Notes under the pieces: generated by a model
The model's input: only the letters and a program-made list of their open reading frames with translations
What the model was told of the DNA's origin: nothing
The model's database searches: none
Shown: positions 11,229 through 20,145 of the stretch, piece by piece
Layout: the number at the start of each line of letters is the position of its first letter
Position numbering within the stretch: the first letter of the stretch is position 1
IMG/VR virus record: IMGVR_UViG_3300005826_000294
Span: 122,330-186,329 of that record
DNA from: a virus
Direction: 5' to 3' (one strand)
Length of the DNA: 64,000 nt
Translations under genes and position numbers: made by a program

Positions 11229-11254
11229 AAAAAGACCAAGAAATTATCTCGGTC
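11229..11254 (-). terminator. Intrinsic terminator after the second tail tube gene
   Basis: Minus strand GACCGAGA-TAATT-TCTTGGTC-TTTTT, a few nt after the stop of 11262..11897. Confidence 0.6.
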
Positions 11255-11261
11255 AATAATT

Positions 11262-11897
11262 TTATTCTGCAAATACAGCATTAGTAAGATTAGAAACATC
11301 CATAGAGCCTCTATAACCTGCTCCTGGAGTTGCCCCACCAGATCCAGAATCAGTTGCAGTCTCTCTACCAAAAGTATCAGTTTGAGGCTGAATACCACGA
11401 GAGCCACCAATTACTGCTGAGTTCTGTGTGCTTCCAAGATTTGTTCTAATATCTTCAATTAAAATTTGAGCATCTTCCTGAATAATGAAATTATCTGCTT
11501 GATATTTTGGAGAATATCGTGAAAACCAACAATTTTCAAGAGTATGAACCACAGCTCCATCAGTATCACCAGCAGTTCGATCAATAATTTGAATATCAAA
11601 AGGAATTAATTGAGATTTAATATTAATAAAACCTCTTTTAAAAGCCTCTGTAAGTCTAAGTCGATCAAAAACAACTCTTGTAATATTTGCTTCATATTCT
11701 GTTGCTTTATTTGGTACAATTTCCAGAATTCCATCAAGACCAACTTCTTTAACTCTCTCAAGTCCTCTGTTTTGCGTAATGTTAATACTTTGAATAGCAC
11801 CAACAGCCTCATTATCTACTTTAATAAGTATTTGGGTAGAAAGTCCCGTGCTAATGTTGCTGTTTAAATTTGATCCTGTAAGTGGATAGGAAACCAT
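11262..11897 (-). CDS. Tail tube protein (paralog 2)
   Basis: VGAIQSINITQNR...EVGLDGILEIVP...RVVFD...PFDIQIID...LENCWF; lies between sheath and chaperone. Confidence 0.75.
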   Translation of the reverse strand: MVSYPLTGSNLNSNISTGLSTQILIKVDNEAVGAIQSINITQNRGLERVKEVGLDGILEIVPNKATEYEANITRVVFDRLRLTEAFKRGFINIKSQLIPFDIQIIDRTAGDTDGAVVHTLENCWFSRYSPKYQADNFIIQEDAQILIEDIRTNLGSTQNSAVIGGSRGIQPQTDTFGRETATDSGSGGATPGAGYRGSMDVSNLTNAVFAE

Positions 11898-11898
11898 A

Positions 11899-12648
11899 TT
11901 ATTCCTCCATAAATATTTTATATTTTTTTCTCTTCCTATCTAAAAAATTGGCCTCGCAATCTTCATATAACCAGTCCATTATTTTTATTACTTGCTTTCC
12001 GCCGAATGAAATTCTAAAACAATTTCCATGTTTATGAGAAACTTTCATTCCTCCAGTTAAATTAACATGATGTTTTATTTTATTTCTACACCATTCCAAT
12101 ATATATTTGGATCCAGAATATATTTCAAAACTTAAAGGATTTCTACAACATAAACTTCCATCGCCATCAAAATATCCTCTAATATAATGTCTATCAAAAC
12201 GAACCGGCATATTTTCTGGAGGTTGTATAACTAAAGATTTACAAGAACCTATATTAAATTTTCTTTTTAAATCATCTCTAATTATATCCGATCTGAACTT
12301 AATATAACAAGAATTATTTTTCTTAATTACCTTACTAGAAACTTCCACAAATTCTTTAAATTTTTCTAAATGATTGTAGTCTATTAAATGTAAATTTATT
12401 GATATTTGATTACCAAAAATACAACCATCTGCTCCTAAAAACCCTGCCCAATAGCAACTATTTTTATTAAAACTAGAAAATACATTATCATTTATAGATA
12501 TTTTCCTTTTAGGACCAGTCTTTCTTCTTTCAATATTATTTTTTTTTAATTTATTAAAAATAGTAGTTTCACTATATCCTATTTTATTTCCAATTTCTTT
12601 TAAAGTAAGTCCTTTATTATATAATTCAATAATATTATATGTTTTCAA
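11899..12648 (-). CDS. Free-standing LAGLIDADG homing endonuclease with N-terminal HTH
   Basis: YWAGFLGADG and YIRGYFDGDG motifs, C-terminal LDRK. Confidence 0.85.
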   Translation of the reverse strand: MKTYNIIELYNKGLTLKEIGNKIGYSETTIFNKLKKNNIERRKTGPKRKISINDNVFSSFNKNSCYWAGFLGADGCIFGNQISINLHLIDYNHLEKFKEFVEVSSKVIKKNNSCYIKFRSDIIRDDLKRKFNIGSCKSLVIQPPENMPVRFDRHYIRGYFDGDGSLCCRNPLSFEIYSGSKYILEWCRNKIKHHVNLTGGMKVSHKHGNCFRISFGGKQVIKIMDWLYEDCEANFLDRKRKKYKIFMEE

Positions 12649-13237
12649 GAGGATTACCTATATTTAATTTCTCATATCTTCCTATCCTTCCATTTGTATC
12701 TGTTGCTCTTTCTATTGTATCGTGTTCATATCCAATGCCTCTATATCCACCTGTTGCTGCACTGGTACTATTTCTTGTAGTGGTTATATATTCGCACCAT
12801 AATTGAGATGTTTCTAGAACAATAAAATTTTCGGCACGAAATTGAGGGTTATATTGTCTAAACCAACAACTATTAAAAACATGAATAATAGCATCTCCAG
12901 AATATTTTAATTCTGTTTTATCAATAATATAAATATCAAAAGGAACTCTTTGTGATTGTATATTTATAAATCCTCTAGCAAATGATTCTGGAAGTCTCAT
13001 TCCATCAAAAACAATCCTATCTACACTAAGTTCTATTTTGGTTGCTCCTTTTGGATGTATTTCTACAATTCCATCTGTTCCAATTTCTTCCCAACGATGA
13101 AGTTCTCTGTTTTGGATTATAGCTAATCTTTGAATAGCACCAACAGTAGTGTTATTTACTTTAATAGTAATTTGAGTTGATAAACTACTATTAATACGAT
13201 TTTCTATTAAACTTCCACTAGATGGATAATTTGTCAT
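12635..13237 (-). CDS. Tail tube protein (paralog 1)
   Basis: Colinear with 11262..11897 (LSTQIxIKV, VGAIQ, RGFINIxSQ, PFDI, CWF). Confidence 0.72.
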   Translation of the reverse strand: MTNYPSSGSLIENRINSSLSTQITIKVNNTTVGAIQRLAIIQNRELHRWEEIGTDGIVEIHPKGATKIELSVDRIVFDGMRLPESFARGFINIQSQRVPFDIYIIDKTELKYSGDAIIHVFNSCWFRQYNPQFRAENFIVLETSQLWCEYITTTRNSTSAATGGYRGIGYEHDTIERATDTNGRIGRYEKLNIGNPLENI

Positions 13238-14717
13238 TATACTCCAAGAACCTATTATATTTTCTATCTAAATAAATATTTGAATTTCCGTATAACCAAT
13301 TTAAAATGTTTATAGTATATTTTCCTTTAAACTCTACACAATATGTATTAGAATTTCTTTTTGTAATTGATGGGTTTCCACATTTGATAGATTTTATTTG
13401 ATTATAAACCCATGTTAAAAAATCTTTAGATCCGGAGCATATAAATAAACGAGGAACTTTATTCCATCCAACACTTCCATCGCCATCTACATATCCGCGA
13501 ATAAAATGTCTAATCATATTTGTAGGTAAATTAGGAGGTTTAAGAATTAATGTTTTATTTCTAACTATATTAAAATTAATTAATAAACTTTGCACCAAAT
13601 CTAAAGAATTAAATTGAATAACGCAAGATTTTGTTATTTTTCCAAAAGATTTTCTATCTCTTTGCTTTATTTCCGCATTGCTATTTAAAAAATCTTTTAT
13701 TTTAAATAGATGAGTTCTGTCTTTATGTGAAAGTTCTATACTTAAATGATATTTATCAACCCATCCATCTGCAGATATAAAACCTGCCCAATAACAACTA
13801 TATTCATTTATATCTATAAAATTATTATTTAAAACTCTTTTTGTAGTTTTCCTGACCCCAAGTTTTTTAAATTTTCCAAGTAAAACCCATTTAGAAATAT
13901 TATATTTTTTAGATAAATCTTCTAAACTATCTCCACCTAAATATTCATTTGAAATTGCTTTATAATCTAAATCAATATTCTTATATTCACAATATTTTTT
14001 ATATTTACGATCAAGTTTTATAGTTGAATCTTTATATAACCAATCAAATATTTTTATAGAATTTTTATTTTTTACATCAATACGAAAGGATTTTTTTCCA
14101 TAAATATGATCTTTATTTATTAATCCAAAATACTGAAGTTTGTTAGAAATCCAATAAATTATATCTCTTGATCCACTAACAATATTAAAATTACAGGTTC
14201 CTCCATAACATCCAATATGCCCATCGCCATCAAAATAACCACGAATATAATGAGATAATAAATTTTCAGGTATTTGTGGTGGTTGTAAAGTTAATGATTT
14301 TCTGGGGACAATATTAAAATTATTATTTAATGAAAAGAACATCTGCTTTGAACATACTTGAATATAACAATCTCTATGACCGATAGATATTTTATTTGTT
14401 GTTCCAACACATTCTTTAAATTTTTCTAAATGATTAATATCTTTAATATTTAAATGTAAAGATATTCTATAATCACCCTTCCCAACAAAAACATTTCCAT
14501 CGGCGGCAATAAATCCAGCCCAATAACAACTTTCAGGAGTAAAAGTGTCAAAAAGAGGATAGTTGTATTTAGAAGAACGAGAAATTAAGATATTATATTT
14601 TTTAAGATTATACCATATTGTAGAATATGGTATGTTTTCAATTTTAGATATTTCTAATATGCTATGATTATTTGCTAAGTTCCTAAGTCGCTCTTCATCT
14701 ATACAACTATCTCTCAA
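13218..14717 (-). CDS. LAGLIDADG homing endonuclease, tandem double unit (four motifs)
   Basis: YWAGFIAADG / YIRGYFDGDG ... YWAGFISADG / FIRGYVDGDG; each unit has an HTH and ends LDRKY. Confidence 0.85.
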   Translation of the reverse strand: MRDSCIDEERLRNLANNHSILEISKIENIPYSTIWYNLKKYNILISRSSKYNYPLFDTFTPESCYWAGFIAADGNVFVGKGDYRISLHLNIKDINHLEKFKECVGTTNKISIGHRDCYIQVCSKQMFFSLNNNFNIVPRKSLTLQPPQIPENLLSHYIRGYFDGDGHIGCYGGTCNFNIVSGSRDIIYWISNKLQYFGLINKDHIYGKKSFRIDVKNKNSIKIFDWLYKDSTIKLDRKYKKYCEYKNIDLDYKAISNEYLGGDSLEDLSKKYNISKWVLLGKFKKLGVRKTTKRVLNNNFIDINEYSCYWAGFISADGWVDKYHLSIELSHKDRTHLFKIKDFLNSNAEIKQRDRKSFGKITKSCVIQFNSLDLVQSLLINFNIVRNKTLILKPPNLPTNMIRHFIRGYVDGDGSVGWNKVPRLFICSGSKDFLTWVYNQIKSIKCGNPSITKRNSNTYCVEFKGKYTINILNWLYGNSNIYLDRKYNRFLEYNDKLSI

Positions 14718-14735
14718 TTTGACTCCAAAAAAATT

Positions 14736-17282
14736 TTAGAACAATCCTACACTTATGTCTATGAAAATCCAATTGGCTGGATAGTTAGGCTCTACCTCAA
14801 CAACAATATTATATTGTCTTGGTTCAACATCATCTCTGGATACTGATAGATTTCTATAATCAGTAATAAGACCTTTAGAAACAAAAGCATTTAGTAGTTT
14901 TATTGCTTTTTGAGTTAATGATGGAATTAGAGTTTCATCACTAGGTTGCCCAATAAAAGATCTAAAACTACGACGCATTGTTCTTGCTAATTGATCACGG
15001 ATAAAGATAATAGAGATTTCCTCTTCTTCTGGGGCACCGCTTTGAGTAGTAGTTTTACCATGTTGAACTCTTCCACCACCAGTAACTGGCTGAATAACGG
15101 TAATTCCAGCGTCACCAAGTTTATTGAGAACTGTTTGCTTATATACCTTATCATTTAAAATAGTAAAACCTGTAAGTATCTTAAATGTAAGAGGCATTGC
15201 GATATTTGGTTCTCCTGCTAACCAACCGCCCGCGGCTGCAGCAATATAATATCCTGGAATTGTAGTTCGAGTTCCATTTATAACTCTTATAATTTCATCC
15301 GGATAAAAATAAACTACACGAAATGTATCACCAAAATTAGTAGATACTCCATAGTCCGCAAGATCTTCAATATTTCCATCCAAAATCTCTTCTGGATCAT
15401 CACCTTGAATACCTTCTAAAATACCAATATCTTCAACAGCCGCAAGTTCGGTTCCAATAACATTATCAGTTGAAAGACCTTGAAGTGCTCCTGTTAATAA
15501 AACACGCTCTCTCTTATAATAGGTAGAAGACATACGCTCGCAATGAACTCTAAATGCTTGCTGAATTGCCGAGAATGTTTGAGTTGGAAGAGGAACAAGA
15601 ATTTGAACATCTTGTGTTTCCAAAACATCAAGAATACTTGCCCAATTAGCATCATAAAAATCAGCATCATTTTGATCAATATAACTAACTCTTAAACCTT
15701 TCTTCAAAGCAAGTGCTAAATCGGTTGTAAATAGGATTCTCTGTGATTCATTTCCAGGTAATAATAATTGCCATTTAACATTACTTGCCGAAATAAATGA
15801 TCCGGAAGTTCTTGTAATTTTAACTGTATTAGGATCTACAACCTCAGAAATAGAGTATCTACCATCATTAACTGTTCCTGTATAGAAAATATCAATTTCT
15901 TTACTTTGGGTTATAGCTTGTGAAGTAAAAATTGCAGTTTCACTATAAAATGTTGCAGTTGTTCCGACACCAATAGGAGTAATTGTCGCATCATTAGCAC
16001 TTTGTTCAATTTGATCATCAGAAACAACTGTATAACTATATGAATAACCACTTTGACCTGGATCCATAAATTCCTGCATCAATAGAGTATCTACACCAGT
16101 TTGCTCATAAGCAGAAAAGGCGGCTGTAATATCTGGATCATAGAAAGTTATTTTATTAGGAAAAATCTGATCTTCTGTTCCATCAGTATTTAGAATAAAT
16201 AAATTAACTGTTGTATCACCATCTGGTTTTCCAGGATAATCAATAAAGAAAATCAAATCATCAGCATTAGCACTTCCAGTTGCCCCTCCAATACCAGTAA
16301 GAGAATTATAGGCCGGAAGAACAATATCAGAGGTTCTTCTTGGAAGAGGTGGTTTGGCTTGAACTGCTAAAACAGAAGTTGCTCCATTTTCAAAAGCCAT
16401 TTGAGCACCGAGTGAAAGAGTATTTTCAGTGCTTGGAGTTCCATATGTAGCAAATAATTTTCCAGGATCTGTAAAAAGCTTAGGATCTTCTACATCATTA
16501 GAAGCAATATATCGTGCTTCAAGCTTATCCATACTTTGAAGAACTTTACTATCTACCTCAATAGTAAATTTATCACCAACAGCAAAAGGCTGAGCTGGAG
16601 ATGGGTTGTTATAAATAGCAAACGATAAAACACCATTATCAACAACATTTCCATCACTTATCCAAGTGTAAGGTTGTCCATATCCATCGGAAAGTTGTCC
16701 AGAAACAGAACCTCTTACAATAAATGTAGCAGTTTCTCTAATTGGATTGCCAGAACCATCTTTTAGAACACTAGTACATCTTATAGTCCAGGTTTCTGCT
16801 GTAGCATTTGTGTCTGATAAAGTTGGAGTTGATAAGTATCCATCCCCAATATTTGTAGAAGCAGTACTATATAGTTTTCCACCCTTATCAATAATACTAG
16901 CACTCTGCATTTCAATTTTACCAGTAGCAACTTCAAGTTTAGCATCATATTGAGATGAAAAACTTGTTCCATCAATAGTTCCTTCTAAAACTCTAAGTGG
17001 CGACCCATTTAGAAGAAGTGTAGTTCTATTTGTGACGATAGGATAATTTGCTAAACGAAAAAATCTTCCATAACCATCAGAGGTTGCGGTGAAAGTAGGA
17101 TTGAAACCATCTTCTCCATTTCCTTCTGCTGATTCTATAACTGTTTCTTCTCTTCGGCCTTCTCCAATAACACTAAGAATACGAAGACCCCCTGGTATAG
17201 AAAGTGCTCTTTGTAGAGTCCTTATTCTTGAAAATGTATCAGGTTGACTATAACCGACAATTCCTGGAATATTTATTCCCAT
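14736..17282 (-). CDS. Contractile tail sheath protein
   Basis: C-terminal sheath features (HCERMS...RER, AAAAGGWLAG, LTFKIL, GITVI, EISIIFIRD, FIGQ, GLITDY, VEVEPNYPANWIFI); upstream of the tubes; RBS AGGAGG. Confidence 0.88.
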   Translation of the reverse strand: MGINIPGIVGYSQPDTFSRIRTLQRALSIPGGLRILSVIGEGRREETVIESAEGNGEDGFNPTFTATSDGYGRFFRLANYPIVTNRTTLLLNGSPLRVLEGTIDGTSFSSQYDAKLEVATGKIEMQSASIIDKGGKLYSTASTNIGDGYLSTPTLSDTNATAETWTIRCTSVLKDGSGNPIRETATFIVRGSVSGQLSDGYGQPYTWISDGNVVDNGVLSFAIYNNPSPAQPFAVGDKFTIEVDSKVLQSMDKLEARYIASNDVEDPKLFTDPGKLFATYGTPSTENTLSLGAQMAFENGATSVLAVQAKPPLPRRTSDIVLPAYNSLTGIGGATGSANADDLIFFIDYPGKPDGDTTVNLFILNTDGTEDQIFPNKITFYDPDITAAFSAYEQTGVDTLLMQEFMDPGQSGYSYSYTVVSDDQIEQSANDATITPIGVGTTATFYSETAIFTSQAITQSKEIDIFYTGTVNDGRYSISEVVDPNTVKITRTSGSFISASNVKWQLLLPGNESQRILFTTDLALALKKGLRVSYIDQNDADFYDANWASILDVLETQDVQILVPLPTQTFSAIQQAFRVHCERMSSTYYKRERVLLTGALQGLSTDNVIGTELAAVEDIGILEGIQGDDPEEILDGNIEDLADYGVSTNFGDTFRVVYFYPDEIIRVINGTRTTIPGYYIAAAAGGWLAGEPNIAMPLTFKILTGFTILNDKVYKQTVLNKLGDAGITVIQPVTGGGRVQHGKTTTQSGAPEEEEISIIFIRDQLARTMRRSFRSFIGQPSDETLIPSLTQKAIKLLNAFVSKGLITDYRNLSVSRDDVEPRQYNIVVEVEPNYPANWIFIDISVGLF

Positions 17283-17354
17283 TAACCAATCCTCCTAAAT
17301 TTTTTCTATGATGTATATTTCAATAAAATACAGCACTTAATCGCTATACAATAA

Positions 17355-17371
17355 TATTGATAGTTTTTTTA
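17355..17371 (-). promoter_or_regulatory. Candidate phage late promoter motif (TAAAAAAACTATCAATA)
   Basis: Identical 17-mer also at 44477..44493 and a near copy at 58442..58457; about 73 nt upstream of the sheath ATG. Confidence 0.55.
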
Positions 17372-17449
17372 ATTTCCAACATATTGAAATGATAGAGCAA
17401 TTGTTTTCTATCAATTTTTTAACATATTTTAAACTTTAATAGGGGAAAA

Positions 17450-18532
17450 ATGAAAAGAAAAACAACAGAGGACTTTATTAAAGATGCGGAGAAGGTTCAT
17501 GGTGATAGATATGATTATAATAAAGTAAATTATATAAACTGTAAGACAAAAGTAGAAATTATTTGCTCAAAACATGGAGTGTTTAAACAAGCTCCAACTC
17601 CTCATATTAAAAATAAACAAGGATGCCCAAGATGTGCTGGTAATAAAAAAAAGACAACAGAAGAATTTGTTAAAGAAGCTAAAAATACACATAAAAATAA
17701 ATACAATTATTCTAAAACCAAATATATTAATGTTCATACAAAAGTTAAAATAATTTGTCCAAAACATGGAGAGTTTTATCAAACCCCAAAAAACCATTTG
17801 TCATTACATGGATGCTCAAAATGTGCTGGTAATAAAAAGAAAACAACAGAGGAATTTATTAAAGATGCTATAAAAGTTCATGGAAAAAAATATGATTATA
17901 GTGATGTAATATATAAGAGAGAAAATAAAAAGGTTAAAATAATTTGCCCAAAACATGGAGAGTTTTATCAAATTCCAAACGGACATTTATCAGGAAAAGG
18001 ATGTTTAAAATGCGGAGTTATAAATAAAAATACAAAAGAGTTTATTAAAGATGCAAAAAAAACTCATGGAGATAGATATAATTATAATAAAGTAAATTAT
18101 ATAAATTGTAAAACAAAAGTTATTATTATTTGTTATAAACACGGAGAATTTAAACAATCTCCAAATAATCACATTAATGGTAATAATTGTCCTAAATGTA
18201 ATAAAACAAACATATCAAATATATCTCAAAAATGGTTAGATATGTGTGGCGTTCCATTAAATTGTAGAGAAATCATAATTAAATGCGGAAGAAAAAAATA
18301 TATTGTAGATGGATATATTAAAAAAACCAATACAATATATGAATTCTGGGGAGATTACTGGCACGGAAATCCAGAAATATTTAATCCAAAAGAAATCAAC
18401 ATAAATCGTAAAAAAACATTTGGAGAACTATATAAAGAAACAATTAATAAAAAGAAAAATCTAAAACTAGCAGGATACAATATTATAGATATTTGGGAAA
18501 ACAAATTTAAAAATGAAACCAAAATTGGATGA
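17450..18532 (+). CDS. Endonuclease with four DUF723-like zinc repeats and a C-terminal Vsr/PD-(D/E)xK-like domain
   Basis: Four repeats of TxEFIKDA...YDY..V.Y...KVxIICxKHGxFxQxP..H...CxxC; C-terminal YIVDGY...YEFWGDYWHGNP. Confidence 0.78.
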   Translation: MKRKTTEDFIKDAEKVHGDRYDYNKVNYINCKTKVEIICSKHGVFKQAPTPHIKNKQGCPRCAGNKKKTTEEFVKEAKNTHKNKYNYSKTKYINVHTKVKIICPKHGEFYQTPKNHLSLHGCSKCAGNKKKTTEEFIKDAIKVHGKKYDYSDVIYKRENKKVKIICPKHGEFYQIPNGHLSGKGCLKCGVINKNTKEFIKDAKKTHGDRYNYNKVNYINCKTKVIIICYKHGEFKQSPNNHINGNNCPKCNKTNISNISQKWLDMCGVPLNCREIIIKCGRKKYIVDGYIKKTNTIYEFWGDYWHGNPEIFNPKEININRKKTFGELYKETINKKKNLKLAGYNIIDIWENKFKNETKIG

Positions 18533-18878
18533 TAATGAAGCTTTTTGCGTAAGATGCTTTAAAATAAAAGATAAAAAAAATTTTTATGCCAGAAAAGATA
18601 GTGGCCGTCCGCTTAGTTATTGTATGAAATGTCAAAATGAAGTTAAAATATTAAAATTAGAAGAAAAATTAGAAAGAATTATTGAAGAACGTGGGGGAAT
18701 ATGTAAAGATTGTAAAATATCATATCCAACCCCTATATATGAATTTTACTATGAAAATAAAACATATAATATAAGTAAAGCAAAAAACATGTCTATTGAA
18801 AGAATTAAAAAAGATCTAAAAGATCATATTATGTTATGTAAAAATTGTAGTGCTATTAGAAAATGGGTAGGAAGTTAA
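18513..18878 (+). CDS. Zinc-ribbon protein, degenerate HNH-endonuclease-like
   Basis: CxxC pairs (CVRC, CMKC, CKDC, CKNC); the expected EFHH and LCxxCH appear as EFYY and LCKNCS. Confidence 0.5.
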   Translation: MKPKLDDNEAFCVRCFKIKDKKNFYARKDSGRPLSYCMKCQNEVKILKLEEKLERIIEERGGICKDCKISYPTPIYEFYYENKTYNISKAKNMSIERIKKDLKDHIMLCKNCSAIRKWVGS

Positions 18879-19627
18879 GTATCAAGATCAGATTGATCAA
18901 CAAGAGTTGTATCTGGACTGGCTCCAAATATATTATAATTAAAACAGAAATTTATAGCATGAACTAAGTTTTCAATTGGTAAAGCCCGTCTCCACTCTGA
19001 AAAAGCCTCTACTGTTATACTTTGTAGAAATACATGATCATTTCCCCATTGTTCATTACTTTCATTCCCAATACTAACATTTTTTATAAACAATCCGGCT
19101 TCATAAAGTTCCTGTCTTGCTTTTCCAATAAGAAAAGATGAAATAATATCAGTCAATTCCTCTCTATCTGGAATACTTTCTGAGGCAATTACAATCTCAA
19201 AACTTTGTTCCCAAGCACCAGCAACAATATGATGTGTTGGAACATTAATATAAGACCTTCCACCATAACCATCTAGTACAAGATCTAAACGATATTTTGT
19301 AGTTTGATTTTGATTAAAACTCACATGATAAGTTCTTCCAGAAGAATATTTTACGACAACAGCAGGCCAAAACCTAATATCATATCTAAATGAATCTCCT
19401 ATAAATATTCTTGTAGTTCTTTCTTCTTGAATATCTGGAGGCATATCAGTAAGATCTGGTGTTAATGGAAATCCAAAAGCATCAGTTCTATATTTGTAGA
19501 ATGTATCTTGACGGAAATATTCCCTTAATGCGTCTATAAGAAGATTTTTTCCTTGAGAAACAGCAGTTTGCTGAACAAAACTTGATAATTGAAAAAGATC
19601 GCTATAGACACGATGTGAGGCCGACAT
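18875..19627 (-). CDS. Putative tail terminator / tail completion protein
   Basis: Position upstream of the sheath; alpha/beta pattern (IFIGDSF...WPAVVV...FEIVIASES..DREELTD). Confidence 0.45.
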   Translation of the reverse strand: MSASHRVYSDLFQLSSFVQQTAVSQGKNLLIDALREYFRQDTFYKYRTDAFGFPLTPDLTDMPPDIQEERTTRIFIGDSFRYDIRFWPAVVVKYSSGRTYHVSFNQNQTTKYRLDLVLDGYGGRSYINVPTHHIVAGAWEQSFEIVIASESIPDREELTDIISSFLIGKARQELYEAGLFIKNVSIGNESNEQWGNDHVFLQSITVEAFSEWRRALPIENLVHAINFCFNYNIFGASPDTTLVDQSDLDT

Positions 19628-20133
19628 TATCCCTCCAATTTGGGTTGAGCAACTCTAATAAGTGTTTGATCTGGATTTACATTAAACCCAACCGTAGTAT
19701 TAATCATTTTTTCTAAAAAATATCTCGCCTTATATTTCCCTGAAGGTAGAAAAGACATCCATTCTCCAGCTCTATTTGTTTTTGTTTGTTTTACGACATC
19801 TCCACTTTCATTTACAACTGTTACATTAACTCCTATAAGAGACTTCCCTTCTTTATTTTTAATTTTTCCCATTACTTTTGTTGTATTTGTAGCTGACTTC
19901 ATAGCACCAGCATTCATGGCATTTATTTCAGTAGCATTTGGTTCTGTTCCTAAAATAGATGGTCCTTGCTTAATAGTTGGTTCAGATTTAAGTGAAGGTT
20001 TGGAATTTGGTACAAATCCATTTGCTCTACTTAATAATTCTTTTACATTTTGCTCAACAGTTATAAATCTCCTATCCAATAACTCTACTTTTTCTAATAA
20101 ACTCTCAATCATCTCTAACCCTGACTTCGTCAT
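19627..20133 (-). CDS. Protein with N-terminal coiled coil and C-terminal carboxypeptidase-regulatory/prealbumin-like beta domain
   Basis: GKIKNKEGKSLIGVNVTVVNESGDVVKQTKTNRAGEW..FLPSGKY. Confidence 0.55.
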   Translation of the reverse strand: MTKSGLEMIESLLEKVELLDRRFITVEQNVKELLSRANGFVPNSKPSLKSEPTIKQGPSILGTEPNATEINAMNAGAMKSATNTTKVMGKIKNKEGKSLIGVNVTVVNESGDVVKQTKTNRAGEWMSFLPSGKYKARYFLEKMINTTVGFNVNPDQTLIRVAQPKLEG

Positions 20134-20145
20134 TACTTTCTCCTT

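Noticed and set aside
11899..14717. Group I introns or inteins housing the LAGLIDADG ORFs
   Set aside because: Flanking genes are complete, there is almost no non-coding space for a ribozyme core, and the ORFs have their own starts and stops with no intein C/S...HN junctions.
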